The notes under the pieces: model-generated
The model's input: only the letters and a program-made list of their open reading frames with translations
Databases searched by the model: none
What the model was told of the DNA's origin: nothing
Source: Paraspadella gotoi
Taxonomy: Eukaryota; Animalia; Chaetognatha
Assembly: GCA_051294375.1 (NCBI GenBank)
Contig: CM119265.1
Coordinates: 25,738,767 to 25,802,766 of the forward strand
Length of the DNA: 64,000 nucleotides
Direction of reading: 5' to 3'
Translations under genes and position numbers: made by a program
Part shown: positions 20,056 to 34,797 of the stretch, one piece after another
How the letters are laid out: every line of letters starts with the position of its first letter
Position numbering within the stretch: the first letter of the stretch is position 1

Positions 20056-22619
20056 ATCTCTCTCTCTCTCTCCCAATTTTTTTTCGTTCCTTGTCAACCC
20101 ACTGTCCCTGCTCGTCCCCCCCAATTATTTCTTCATATAATCGACAGGTGTCTCGCCCCCCCTCTCCCCCGCTATCCATTTCCCCTCATTTGTCGCGTCA
20201 CGACGCCTTTTTCCTCGCGAAAAGAGACGATTTTAAAAAAAAAAACCTCAGTATGATATCAAGCTGTTGGAACTGATATGACTGCCATTGTAAACTTTAT
20301 GTAAATTACAAANNNNNNNNNNNNNNNNNNNNNNNNNCTCTCTCTCTCTCTCTCCTCTCTACTCTCTCTCTCCTCTCTCCTTCGTCTCTTCTCTCCCTCT
20401 CTTGCTCCTGTCTCTCTCTGTCCGGCGCGCGTCTCGTCGTCTGGCTGAGTCTCAATTCACCGTTGCCGAGCTTGCCTCGTTGACGCGCGCCGACGCGCCC
20501 CGCGAGGCGCCGCACGTGTCGCCGCCACTCGCCAGCGCCCAAATTTCCCCCCACCGCTCAAAAAAAAAAATTAAACCATATTTGCTAAGTTTTCCGTACG
20601 GTTCGAAAATCTTGAGCAGAATTCAAAGTTCGTACGTATAAAAGATCGCTCGTTCAGAAATCTGAAGAGAATTCTTTCCCCCCATTTCTCTCTGCGTCCC
20701 TCTGCTCTCTCGTCCTCTCTCTCTCTCTCTCTCTTCTCTCCTCTCTCTTCTCTCTCTTCTCTCTCTCTCTCTTCTCTCTCTCTCTCATCTCTCTCTCTCT
20801 CTCCCAATTTTTTGTCGTTCCTTGTCAACCCACTGTCCCTGCTGTCCCCCAATTATTCTTTCCGAATAATCGACAGGTGTCGCGCTCCCTTCCCCCGCTT
20901 CCATTTCCCTTCATGGACTCTCTTAAAAAAAAAAAAAACTACGTACGAAATAAATTTTAGTATCTTTTAAACCTCGTTAAATGTTGTCCTTTCTCGAACC
21001 TTCGTCTCATCGATTATTATTTTTTTCTCCCTTCTTTCTTTTCCTTCTTTTAAATATATATATATTTTGTAGTCCGAATTTGGCAGAATTTTCTAACATT
21101 AAAAGGAAATTTCGATTCATATTCAAACAATTTAGCTATCGGGGGAAACTTGATAAAGTTAAGTAAGACGATAAAATGTTTAAAAAAAATTTCTTAACTT
21201 TCTCTCGCGAGTTTTTTCTTTCTTTTTTTTTCTACTTCTTGCCTTTTCTTTCTTTCTGTCATTATATGATTTCTTTCTCTCTTTACATTCTTTCTTTCTT
21301 AACTTCTTTAGCATTCTTTCCCTTCCCATTCCATAGAATCAATACGGTCTCGGCTTTAATGATTATTTAGTGCTGTTAAAATAAATAAACGAGGCTGACG
21401 CTTCCGCATTTTTTTTTCTACTTGAATCGCGCAATACTTTTAATTTGTTCGAAAGTAAACGACAATGAACACTGCAGTCAACGACAACGACAGTAAAACC
21501 GACTGAAGTAAATGACAGTAACACTGAAGAGGATACTTAAGTAAACGACCACGACGCTGAAAGGGAACTGTCAACTAAACGACACCAATACTGAAATGGA
21601 CACTGACAACGACAAAGGCAACTGTGAAGTAAAGACAAGGACACTAAAATAGAAACTCAACGATAACAACCGACGAACATTCAACTAAATCTAAAATTAA
21701 ATGACAACTTAATAAAAAAATATAATGAGAGAGTGAATTCTACTTTTTAGGCGCAAATTAAATACCACCCCCAAAAAAATGAATGAATTCGTTAAGTTGA
21801 TATATAATTTTAATTTTCGCTTCTTTCTAGTCGCGCATTGTCCATTGCCCTCTTAAATTTTTTTTCGGGGTATTGAAGGCCCCTTTACCTATCCCTTCGA
21901 CCCTCCACCTCCCAATTCGTTCCCATTCTTCCGTCGTTCCTCTTCTCGTCGTTTGGGGTCGCGCGCGTTCGTCCGTCCATCACGTCTTTTGTTTTTTGTC
22001 TTCTTTTTTTTTTGCGACTGCTCTTTTATTTTTCGGTTGTTTTTTTTAAATTTTCGTTTTGTCATTTGTTTGTTTTGTTATAATTCAGTTTCTTCGAAAC
22101 GATACTGACGTTTGAAGTTTCGCTTCATTACAATTTCATACTTTCTCTCTAGTTATATATATATATATATTGACAACCTAGTGTTTAAGTAGTACATGAC
22201 ATAGTCGTTTGGACAAATTTAAATGGAAAGTCTTTTTTTTTTCTAATACGACGATGTTGCTCACTGACTCAAAAATAAAAGAATAATAAAAAAAAATATA
22301 TGATCTGAACATAAAGTGTATATTCGTTCGTACATCGAAAAAAAAGTCATTTAGTCATATATTTATCCATTTTTTTGTTTCCGTCGTTTTAAGTCAGTTA
22401 ATCTCTCCGCGCTATTTGTTAAAACTTTTTTTTTGTTGGAAAATGTCCATCGAATTTCTGTTAATTTACAATATTATCCAATTTGATTGCGAATTTCAAA
22501 CGATGCCGTTTTTTTTTATATTGTTCGACTTTCGTAGATTTTGTAAAAATGTATTTCAAGAGTTTTCGTTTTTAAGATACATTTTATATTTTAAAATTAA
22601 TTAGCAGAATTTCTCTCTC

Positions 22620-22661
<42 letters not shown>

Positions 22662-22775
22662 CTCTCTCTCTCAATCAGCATCATCCATGATTAATTCGTT
22701 TCGTATGTTGCTCCCCCCCTTCCCCCCGTTCATTTTTCTCCCTCCCCCTCGCCCGCCCCCGACGAGACATGAGAT

Positions 22776-22818
<43 letters not shown>

Positions 22819-23099
22819 TCTCTCTCCTCTCTCTCTCTCTCTCTTCTCTTTCCGTTCGGTGACCGCAAAATCAGAGCGCGAGTCACCCTCTCTATCTCTA
22901 TCCCTTTTTTTTTTTAATAAATCGATGTCGAAAGAAAAAAAAAATTGAAAAATTTCAAGACGCGAGTTTCAGAATAAAATTTAACAATTTCTGTCGCGTA
23001 TATGATTATGAATGATAATTAGTTGTGCTTTTTTTTCGAGCCCTCCTCTTTACTTCCCTCGGGCCTCTTTTCACTTTTTCCCGAAATTTTCTTCTCTCT

Positions 23100-23178
<79 letters not shown>

Positions 23179-24084
23179 CTCCTCTTACCTGATATTTGTA
23201 AACCCGCCCCAAATCTTCGCCAAATTGAAAAAAAACTAATTGCTTGTTTTTTGTTTTTTTTGTTTTAAGTTTAGTGATAAAGATTAATTGTTATAAAATT
23301 GCCAAACTGAGGCGCATTGACCGGTCTCTATCTCTCTCTTTTTTTATTGTATCGTCTCGTTTCTCTTCTGCTTTTTTTTTGTCCGATAAAATACAAATTT
23401 CGAAGATTTTTTTTGTTTCACGTTTAGAAAAAAAAAACCCTTTAATTCTGTGAGCCAAAAAAAAATTATAAACAAGAATGTTTAGTACGACGTTTCCGGC
23501 GATTCTCACCAGTTCACTGGTGAACAGATAACAAAAATACAAATTGATCCAATTTAGTGAATTTTTTTTTCCTTTTTCGTTTGTAGGTTACTTTTCCTTG
23601 TCTTTTTAAACAAAAATCTGATTATTATTAAAATATGCCTCTCCTTATTGTAATTTTTTTTTTCGTTTTTGATTGTCGTGAGTCAACCGTGAATAGACAG
23701 TCACAACTAAAAGAAAAATAGCTTTGTACCCGCTCTCCGAGTTTCTACCTAGAAAAATTTTTTTTAAAAAAACTTCTCAATCACAATGTACTCAGAAATG
23801 CTTGTAAAACCGATTAATCTTTACTCAAGAGTTCAAAATGCAGAGTTTTAATTTGACCATTGGAGAAAATCAACGTGTAGTGTAAAATTGGCAGTAAAGT
23901 AGAAAAACACGTGAAAACGGATGAATGTTTTAGGACGGTAAAAAAAAAAAACAAACGCGTTTGTAGATCGATATCTGTGTGATGAGATCGCGGTGCAGTA
24001 AAGTCTCCTCGATAATACATTCCAACAGTATCGATTAAAATAAACGGATCAGCCGCCCCCCCCCCGCTTTCATAATTCCTAAGA

Positions 24085-26404
24085 TCACGTGACCGCCTCC
24101 CCGCCGGCTCTATCGCCAGCGACGTCGGCGACGACCGTTTTGAGCAGCGCCATCGTCGGGGCGGCGACGGGAAAGCGTCGAGGCAGAAGGGGTTCCACGC
24201 GGAGAGGCTGAGCGTAATATTTAAACTCTTCGGCGAAATCGCGTCGAATCTGGTTGTAAAAAGGGGGGCGAGGGGGGGGGGAGAGGGATTACCGTTCTTG
24301 TTATGGCTTTTTTTTTATTTTAGTTTTTTGTTTATGTTTATTTTTAAGTCAGTTTTTATACCTTTGTTAATTTTTTTTTTTATTTTTTGTGGGTTGAGTG
24401 ACTATAAAACTGACATATTATATTTCAGTACAATGTGAACAAAGGTACGACCAAACGAACGAGGGCACCAACGAACAATTAAACTAGCGAACGAACGAAC
24501 CAAACCAAATATAATTTCAACTCACCAGCCTGGCCAAGTTTTTATCGTGCTGCAAAGTCACCCTCACGATCGAGAGCCTTCGAAATAAGTCGACGGCCTC
24601 TTCCGGTGACATCTCTCGATCCTCCAGGATCCGCGAGAACATCCGCCGCAGCATGGCCTTGAAAAACGCCGCTGCGCCCTGCTGCGCGCCCAGCAGGTCC
24701 AGCAGCAGCCTGAGATTAAGGGCGTCGGCGTCGTACTTGGCCATTTCGCAGAGGCGGAATAGCAGAGCAGCGGCTGCGAGCGTTGATTCGGCGGCGAGGC
24801 TTTGGAGATCATCGTCGTCGTCATCGTCGTCGACGACGCCGCAAAGCGTCAGCGCCGTCAGCAGCCGCCGCAGAAACCGCCAGTCGTCGGCGCGAAAGAA
24901 TTCGAGTCGTTCGGGCATCAATTCCGTGTCATCCAACATCTCGCCGAGAGTCGAAGCGACCGCGACGCCGAGTTCGAGCGCGTCTAGACGATTCGGCGCC
25001 GCAGAGGTGCCGTTTGAAGGCGTCGGCGCCGCGAAAATTTCCTCCATTTTGCCGACGAGGAATTCAGCCAGATTCGTTCGACGCCAGAAGAGTTTTTTGA
25101 GGGCGAAGTTGCGGCTGGCGCCCAGACGGAGCTCCTGCAGCAGGCGGTAGACCTGCTCGATCGACTCGTCCGTTTGTCGAGACGCCAGCGTCAGGATCTC
25201 GCGAACAAGTTGAGCAAAGAGGCTCTCCGTTTTGGCCGCGTCTCTGAAAGTTGGACGGGGGCGTGAAATATAAATTTATTTAAATTTCATATGGTACAAC
25301 CAATATAAAAATTATCCATTGATTTAATAAACAAGCTCCCTTGCCCCTGACTTTGTCCAATGGACAGGCTTTGGAAGTTTACGGCCTCCATCACGCATAA
25401 AAGATAATTACATCTCAGGATCCTGAAAACTTTTCAATCAATATACTCTCACAGTCTCGTTTATTAACTCCCAGAGTTTCTGGCTTCTCTATCAAAGAAT
25501 GTTTCAAGTGTATGAAAAGACCATTCATTGAATTATTATTATTATTATTTTATTATTCAGAAATATCCTTATATTCCACGCAAGTTTCTCGCCGACTGAC
25601 TTTAGACAGCCGAGATAGTGTCTTCATATTCCCACCCCTCTTATACGAGGGAATAACGTTGTAGTTAAGAATATTTCGCTAGTTTACTATCATTTCCCCT
25701 GAAATATTTGTGTATAACACTCTGGGCTGAAGATGACTTCTGAAACCCGCTCTAGCAGCCTCCGGGACTCTGGTTTAACACATGGAGCCTTTGCAACACT
25801 TGTGATAATAATATATATAAGAGACTCATCAAAAAGAAGTTCAAATGATACTTTTAATTCACCCAAAGGGTGGTGGGCCAATCCCGGAGGTACTGCAATA
25901 CCGGGCTGACCCGTGGAGGAGGCCGTGCAAGCACTGAGCGCTCCTCCGATGCTGAAAAATCAGTTTAATATTCTGGGCCCGCAGTGCGAACCGTATCAGA
26001 TATTAAGCTGATAAGAACAGATACTACACTTTGATCTTAGCCAAAAGGCCGAGAAGCGATGTTGACGACAAAAAATAAAATCAATTTGTTTCTTAGAATA
26101 TTGCTGAAAGTCTCGCTTGTCTTAATTTGAATCTAATAAAATTAAGACTTCTTACTTTTTGATTAGGTATAAAAATTCAAATCAAATGACATTATAATTA
26201 AAAAAAATTGTTTATAAAAGTAATACTAGAAAAGAAATTAATTTTAAAAATATTGTTTCAGAGCATAAGATATCAGTTAAAACTGATAATTTTTTTAAAA
26301 TTTTCTTTTTCTTGATTGTATGTAAATGAGCTCATGTACTTGTTTTGAAATAAAAACAAAAGCCATTTCGGCCGTATTTTCCCAGAAGGCCCCAGTAATC
26401 CTTA

Positions 26405-26467
<63 letters not shown>

Positions 26468-26764
26468 CTCTCTTAACCTGGAGCCTTTGGTCGGCCTGCT
26501 GGCCAACGGTTCGTCCAGAGCGAGGGTTCCCTTGAGATGAATGTTGCTCCAAACTGACCACATGAAGGAGATCATGGGAGAGTCTTTGTTCAGGATGTAG
26601 AGATCGAGGGTTCGGTCGCTGGGAGCGCCGCCGCCGCTGACGACGCCGCCCGACTCGAAACCGGCGTCATCGTCGTCGCCGATTGACGAAGTTCTTCGAC
26701 GTCCGGCGTCGAAAGACAAAATACGCGCCGGTTTGACGCCGGCCGCGCCGAGAGAGCGACGTCC

Positions 26765-26795
<31 letters not shown>

Positions 26796-27998
26796 TCGAC
26801 GCCCGAGAGGCTGAGTCGCGGCGACGGTAAATCGCGCGGCGTCGGCGGTAGAGGAAGGCGCCGGCCGCTGGGAGGTTTGTCGCCTTCTTCGACGAAAACG
26901 ACGGAGCGCCGCGTCGTCGTCGTCGTCGTCGTCGTCTTCTTCCCGTCGTCCACCTTCTCTCGTCCTCCATAGATCAGCGAAAGACGCCTCAAGTCGTCCG
27001 TCGGCAAAGAGCTCGTCAGCGGTCGGTCGTTGGCGGGCAAATGACGACCGACAGAATTGCCCGACGATGACGATTCAGATTCGACGCCGGACGACGAATC
27101 CGTTGAGTCGGCTTCGATCTTGGAACGACTTGTCGGCTTTACCCGACGTGCGGTTTGACCGACAATCACGTCGGTCTCGTCGCTGAAGGCGCGACGAGGA
27201 GTTCGGAGGGAGACTTCGGAGGAAGAGGATCGTCGGAGGCCGCCGCCGCCGCCGCCGAGCTCTTCGAACAGCAGCCGATTGTGCAGCGCCGACGGCAGGA
27301 AAGCGACGACGCCGGAGACGGAATTCCGCGGGGAAGACTTGAAGTCGCTCGTCGAGATGCGTCGAAGTCGAGGGGATTTGGAGGAATCGTCGGGTCTTGA
27401 GGATTTTTGAGGGAATTTGAATATTCTCTCTCTTGCTCTCATTCTCCTTCCTTCCTCCTTCCTTCCTTCCTTTCCTTCCTTCCTTCCTTCCTTCCTTCCT
27501 TCCTTCCTTCCTTCCCTTCTCCTTCCTTCCTTCCTTCCTTCCTTCTTCCTTCCTTCTTTCTTCTTTCTTTCTTCTTCTTTCTTTCTTTTCTTCTTTCTCT
27601 CTTTCACTCCCACATCTGTCGATCAAATAATAGAACCCGAGAACGCCTAACCTGCCATCGTCGACGAAGGTGATCTGGATGTGCTGTACGGTCTTGGCCA
27701 CGTGCTCGTCAAGAAAGTCGGGCAGGTGACGAACGAGTTGGATGCCCGACGCCCGTCGGAGATCCGCCAGGAGACGTGGATTGCGGGGAGTCGGGTTGTC
27801 GATGGAGTAGACCAAAGCGTCCGTCAGAGCGACGTACTTTAGAGCCTTTAGGGCAATCGATCGATCAGTCAATCAAGGTATCATTATCGATCAAAAGAAA
27901 TCAATAATTGATGGTAAAATAAATCAAACAACTAATCATTTAAACAACCAATAGATTGATAATTCATGCAATCCGACATTCGAACAAACTTATTAGTA

Positions 27999-28029
<31 letters not shown>

Positions 28030-28226
28030 CAATCAACCTTGTTTTCCCCTGCCCCGTCCACAATCGCCGTCTCGTAGCATCGAAGTTTTTCAAATGAGTC
28101 AACTTCCAAAATTTTTCTCAAAAAAGTTTCCAGTTTTTCGTTTTTCTTGAAAGAGCGGCGGGTTCCGGAGACGGCCGAAGCGGCAGCGGCGGTAGCGGTA
28201 GTGGCGGTAGCGGAAGGTGAGGTCAT
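24085..28226 (-). CDS. C12orf56: C12orf56 / DUF4551 family protein
   Basis: Phase-compatible exons 28226-28038, 27845-27652, 27395-26478, 25243-24526, 24249-24085. N-terminus KKNEKLETFLRK..RCYETAIV..ENKALKYVALTD.LVY..NP and C-terminus EEFKYY..LP..FPV..PT..L match human C12orf56 as I recall it (RRNSRLDVFLRR..RAYEPCIV..ENHILKYVVLSD; EEFRYF..LP..YPI..PT). Confidence 0.82.
25872..26060 (-). ncRNA. U2: U2 spliceosomal snRNA
   Basis: Minus strand reads ATCGCTTCTCGGCCTTTTGGCTAAGATCAAAGTGTAGTATCTGTTCTTATCAG..., with branch-recognition GTAGTA and stem-loop IV loop TATTGCAGTAC; full length ~190 nt. Confidence 0.97.
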
Positions 28227-28538
28227 TATAAAAAGAGGTGAGTGAAGGGGATGAAGAAAATGGGGAAAGGGCGACTGACAGCAATTGGTGAGTTCGTAGA
28301 GAAAAGGAAGAAAAGAAGAAGGTAAGTTCCGCCGTAATGGACAGGGTCATCGAATCATGGCGAGGCGTTGGAACGCGATGCTGCGCATGGTGCAGTATTT
28401 CATGGTGCGACGTTTCGAGACGGTGGGAAATAAGAAAGTCGAATTAAGGTAAGTTTCGTCGAAAAAAGGACGAACGTAAAACAGAGTCGATGACGACGAC
28501 AATCTAAAAATAACCACGTAGTCGGTTTATGTCAAAGC

Positions 28539-28539
<1 letters not shown>

Positions 28540-28615
<76 letters not shown>

Positions 28616-28644
28616 GATGATGATGATGATGATGACGATGATGA
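28540..28644. repeat. (GAT)n microsatellite; one example of many (GA)n, (GATA)n and (GAAA)n tracts
   Basis: Directly visible. Confidence 0.95.
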
Positions 28645-28751
28645 ACGCTTCGACTCGCGTGTCTCTCTGTCCATCGGACTGACCTGTCACGAAGGTTGAG
28701 CATTAGAATGTTTTATCAGTATTGTGACAATTTATACCGACTAAATTTGAA

Positions 28752-28886
28752 AAAAAATGTTAAAAATTCGCCGAACCCGAATCAGATGTCCATTTTTCGA
28801 TTCGATGCTCTTTTGTTAAAAGAGAGAAAAATTCTAATTGCAGAATTCGAAAGAATTAGTATATGGGGAGAACGATGGTTTAAATA

Positions 28887-28969
<83 letters not shown>

Positions 28970-30969
28970 CGAGAAGAGAGAGAGAGAGATTGGCGTGCTG
29001 CCCCCCGGTTTCTATTATTTTCTTTTCTTTTTTTTGAGTGGAGATGTTGAGACGTTGTCTGGAAGTGAAATTTTAAGAGTGGAACGAATTGCGTCATTTT
29101 CATGTTTAATTTGATAAACTTATTTTAAACTGAGTTTAAAAAAAGGGAGACCCGCGGAAAGTAAAATAGACGTTCTCCTGATCGACAAGAAATATAATCT
29201 TTTTTTATTTAAAAAAAAATTATTTTACAAAAAAAATTATTTTAATTCCTTTCATTTATATTTAATATTTTTATCATGACGTTGAGAAATTATTCAGTTT
29301 CTTTGACCTTTAAAACATTGATCGAAACTTGATTAAATTCCGATTTCGCACGAAAATTTTCTTCTGAAGAAATTAAAATTCGTCTTTCATTTCTAAGATT
29401 CAATTTGATCGACTTTTTAATCAACGGAAAAACTCCGTAATTATCCGGAATAGGTCCAGTCGTCAATTTTGACCAAAATAAAAAATCCCCATTATATTTT
29501 TTTACAGAAAAACAAAAAAAGAATAAAAAGAGAACGCGACCCAAACGCGTGTTGCGTGGAAACCAACAAACAATCGATTTTTATCTTAACTTAAGCTCGA
29601 AAAATAAGACGGAACTACTCGGGCGCCTCCTCTTAAGCAAATAAGCTTATCGTATCGGAAAAGTTGGTATAAAAAAGTCAGAATGGAACTGGATAGCGTA
29701 ACTGAAGATTTAGTATAGCATAGCATATGAGGAATTCATAGATGTAGCACTTTAGTAGCGTCGTAGATCTACCCACTAATATTATCATGTCAGGTTGTCC
29801 GTGTCTCCGTGTGTCCGTGAGCCGATGTCCGTGAGCCTGTTGGAGTCCGAGGCGAAGGGGGTGCCGTGGCAAGCAATCGTCAGACCAATGTTGTCTTTCT
29901 CTTGATGCCTTGGTTTATCAAAAGTTGTAAATTAGCCCATCCTTAAATTCACAACTACAAGCCAACAATATTAAAAATTAAGACATGAAAGTCTTAATTT
30001 TTATATAAAACTCAAGAAAAATCGTGCGCGCAAATTGCAAAATCTAAATAGAAAGTCGACAAAAGAAAAGTAAGTTTTTACTGTCAGACTTTGCAAAACC
30101 AATCATGCACTCGCATCAAGACAATAGACAAGAGAAAACGTTTTAAAAAATTCGAAGTTTTCACCCAAATTTGAAATATTTCGATTTTTTTTTTCTGTAG
30201 ACAAATCAGCCAGTTCAAAGTCAGGGGCCAGATAGTTTATTAAGTAAATGAATGGGATAATCTTTACATTGTTTGCAGTAATTTCATAAAAGTATATATA
30301 TATATGGCTCGCAGAGATTCATTCTTTACGAAATTTCGCTTAAATTTTACCTTTCGCCGTATCAACTAGTGTTTATTGTAATAATAATTGTTTATAATAC
30401 AATAATCAATTAATCATTCGTAATTTCAATCAATGTTAACTAAGCGACGAAGAAGAGGCTATTGTCGTCTGCTCGTCAACTTCGCCGACATTTTGTTTTG
30501 TTTTTTCTTCGATTTTGTTTATTTTTGTTTTGTCGTTAATTAATTCCCCCTTCGCGTTGACGGAAAGAGGCACAAGAGACGGACGAGAGCAGATTGAGAG
30601 GAGCACGGAGAGAGAGGAGAGAGAGAGGATGAGAGAGAGAGAGAGAGAGAGAGAGACCGAGCAGAGTAGCAGCAGAGAGAGGAGAGAGGAGCAGAGGAGA
30701 GCACGAACGACGAGAAAGTAGACGATGATAGAAATGAGCGAGACGCAGAGTAGAGCAGAGACAGAGAGGAGAGAAAAAGATAAAAAAGTTTGCACTGCAA
30801 CGATAAGATTTTTATGACTTTAAGCTTGTGTTCTAGAAAAGCTCGACCTTCGAATTAGTAAAACCCCTTTGTCGTTGTTGTTGTCGTTGTCGTTGTAAAA
30901 GTCAATTCAACGACTTGAGGACATTAGGAGACAATGCCCCATCAGGAAAAACTCTCTCTCTCTCTCTCA

Positions 30970-31014
<45 letters not shown>

Positions 31015-32639
31015 ACATTACACCCATCAAACCATTTTGTTTTAAACTTAATTTAACCTTTAATAAATTTAATAAAAACAAGGTCCTATCTAAAAATAAA
31101 CTCTTTGCACCGGCTGTCTCTCTTCTCATCGAACGACCCTTGATAATCAATAAATCTTTTCGCCTGTCTCATTTTTATTCTCTCTTCCCAAAATTGGCAA
31201 CAAAAAATAATAACAAGAGCGAGAGAGAAAATTAAAAGTTAGATATTTTAACAAATTAGTTAACCGTGGAACTATGTAAAACCGCTTGCGATAAATATGC
31301 ACACAAAAAAAAATAAAAGATGAAGAAAAAATGAAAAAAAAAGTAACTAAGAAGTGCGATCCCCACCTTATATATTATAATATATAATATATAAGGCCTT
31401 AGTCTAAAAAGCCCCTTCATTAATCGACTCTCGTTGAGGATATATAATGTTATATATATATTAAGGCGGGTCAAAATTGAACACTTTTTACAACGCCAAT
31501 GAACTAATTCAAAAGTTACATTGAAAATCGATTTAGTAATAGAAGGAAAAAAGGAATTTTTTTTTGAGAGAATTAAAAGTTANNNNNNNNNNNNNNNNNN
31601 NNNNNNNAAAAGTTCTCTCAAATAAATAATGATAAAGTGACTGTTAGAGAATATGAAATAAAAAATAATTTAAAAAATTACTTATTAATAAGCGCACGCG
31701 AAGCATTAAAGATTATTTTATTACTATATAAAGTTAAAAATTTTTTTTGAATTTTTCAATTTTTTTTAATGGATTCTGATAGAGCTTTAAAAGTTAGATG
31801 AAGGTTATTAATACAAAATTTTAAAAATTTTTTTGTTTTATTGTAAAAAATTTTAAAAACTATAAATTCAGTCAATGATGATGATGATGATGATTTTTTT
31901 TAACGTTTTTTCTGTTTTTAACCAATTTCTTGTCAAAATTTTTAAAAATTGTAGTACTAACTTTCATTTAACTTTTCAAGCTCTAATAGGAATCCGTTCT
32001 TAAATAATAATTTTTTAAAAAAAAAATTTTGTCATTGTTATATATTAATAAATATTTAAAAGCTTCAGTGCAACAACCCAATGAACTAATTCAAAAGTTA
32101 CATTGAAAATCGATTTAGTAATAGAAGGAAAAAAGGAATTTTTTTTGAGAGAATTAAAAGTTATAAAAAGTGTTCAATTTTGACCCGCCTTAATATATAT
32201 ATTAACATTATATATCCTCAACGAGAGTCGATTAATGAAGGGGCTTTTTAGACTAAGGCCTTATATATTATATATTATAATATATAAGGTGGGGATCGCA
32301 CTTCTTAGTTACTTTTTTTTTCATTTTTTCTTCATCTTTTATTTTTTTTTGTGTGCATATTTATCGCAAGCGGTTTTACATAGTTCCACGGTTAACTATT
32401 TTGTTAAAATATCTAACTTTTAATTTTCTCTCTCGCTCTTGTTATTATTTTTTGTTGCCAATTTTGGGAAGAGAGAATAAAAATGAGACAGCGAAAAGAT
32501 TTATTGATTATCAAGGGTCGTTCGATGAGAAGAGAGACAGCCGGTGCAAAGAGTTTATTTTTAGATAGGACCTTGTTTTATTAAATTTATTAAAGGTTAA
32601 AATTAAGTTTAAAACAAAATGGTTTGATGGGTGTAATGT

Positions 32640-32684
<45 letters not shown>

Positions 32685-32890
32685 TGAGAGAGAGAGAGAG
32701 AGTTTTTCCTGATGGGGCATTGTCTCCTAATGTCCTCAAGTCGTTGAATTGACTTTTAACAACGACAACGACAACAACAACGACAAAGGGGTTTTACTAA
32801 TTCGAAGGTCGAGCTTTTCTAGAACACAAGCTTAAAGTCATAAAAATCTTATCGTTGCAGTGCAAACTTTTTTATCTTTCTCTCTCTTCT

Positions 32891-32988
<98 letters not shown>

Positions 32989-34579
32989 CCTCTCCCTCTC
33001 TCTCTCTCTTTCCGTCAACGCGAAGGGGAATTAATTAACGACAAAACAAAAATAAACAAAATCGAAGAAAAACAAAACAAAATGTCGGCGAAGTTGACGA
33101 GCAGACGACAATAGCCTCTTCTTCGTCGCTTAGTTAACATTGATTGAAATTACGAATGATTAATTGATTATTGTATTATAAACAATTATTATTACAATAA
33201 ACACTAGTTGATACGGCGAAAGGTAAAATTTAAGCGAAATTTCGTAAAGAATGAATCTCTGCGAGCCATATATATATATACTTTTATGAAATTACTGCAA
33301 ACAATGTAAAGATTATCCCATTCATTTACTTAATAAACTATCTGGCCCCTGACTTTGAACTGGTGATTTGTCTACAGAAAAAAAAAATCGAAATATTTCA
33401 AATTGGGTGAAAACTTTCGAATTTTTTAAAACGTTTTCCTTGTCTATTGTCTTGATGCGAGTGCATGATTGGTTTTGCAAAGTCTGACAGTAAAAACTTA
33501 CTTTTCTTTTGTCGACTTTCTATTTAGATTTTTGCAATTTGCGCGCACGATTTTTCTTGAGTTTATATAAAAATTAAGACTTTCATGTCTTAATTTTTAA
33601 TATTGTTGCTTGTAGTTGTGAATTTAAGGATGGGCTAATTTACAACTTTTGATAAACCAAGGCATCAAGAGAAAGACAACATTGGTCTGACGATTGCTTG
33701 CCACGGCACCCCCTTCGCCTCGGACTCCAACAGGCTCACGGACATCGGCTCACGGACACACGGAGACACGGACAACCTGACATGATAATATTAGTGGGTA
33801 GATCTACGACGCTACTAAAGTGCTACATCTATGAATTCCTCATATGCTATGCTATACTAAATCTTCAGTTACGCTATCCAGTTCCATTCTGACTTTTTTT
33901 ATACCAACTTTTCCGATACGATAAGCTTATTTGCTTAAGAGGAGGCGCCGAGTAGTTCCGTCTTATTTTTCGAGCTTAAGTTAAGATAAAAATCGATTGT
34001 TTTGTTGGTTTCCACGCAACACGCGTTTGGGTCGCGTTCTCTTTTTATTCTTTTTTTGTTTTTCTGTAAAAAAATATAATGGGGATTTTTTATTTTGGTC
34101 AAAATTGACGACTGGACCTATTCCGGATAATTACGGAGTTTTTCCGTTGATTAAAAAGTCGATCAAATTGAATCTTAGAAAATGAAAGACGAATTTTAAT
34201 TTCTTTCAGAAGAAAATTTTCGTGCGAAATCGGAATTTAATCAAGTTTCGATCAATGTTTTAAGGTCAAAGAAACTGAATAATTTCTCAACGTCATGATA
34301 AAAATATTAAATATAAATGAAAGGAATTAAAATAATTTTTTTTGTAAAATAATTTTTTTTTAATAAAAAAAGATTATATTTCTTGTCGATCAGGAGAACG
34401 TCTATTTTTACTTTCCGCGGGTCTCCCTTTTTTTAACTCAGTTTAAAATAAGTTTATCAATTAAACATGAAAATGACGCAATTCGTTCCACTCTTAAAAT
34501 TTCACTTCCAGACAACGTCTCAACATCTCCACTCAAAAAAAAGAAAAGAAAATAATAGAAACCGCAGCACGCAATCTCT

Positions 34580-34668
<89 letters not shown>

Positions 34669-34797
34669 TTTAAACCATCGTTCTCCCCATATACTAATTC
34701 TTTCGAATTCTCATTGAATTTTCTCTCTTTTAACAAAAGAGCATCGAATCGAAAAATGGACATCTGATTCGGGTTCGGCGAATTTTTAACATTTTTT
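28752..34797. repeat. Giant inverted repeat: arms 28752-31490 and 32164-34797, ~670-bp spacer
   Basis: Arms are near-perfect reverse complements; the same ORFs appear on opposite strands (29678-29872 vs 33698-33892). Confidence 0.93.

Noticed and set aside
19650-20915. ~600-bp tandem duplication downstream of G-alpha-q
   Set aside because: Copies flank an N gap and the second is indel-ridden; likely a redundant overlap.
25722-25750. CTGAAGA...GAAA hammerhead-like text
   Set aside because: No stem II pairing and no UH cleavage site.
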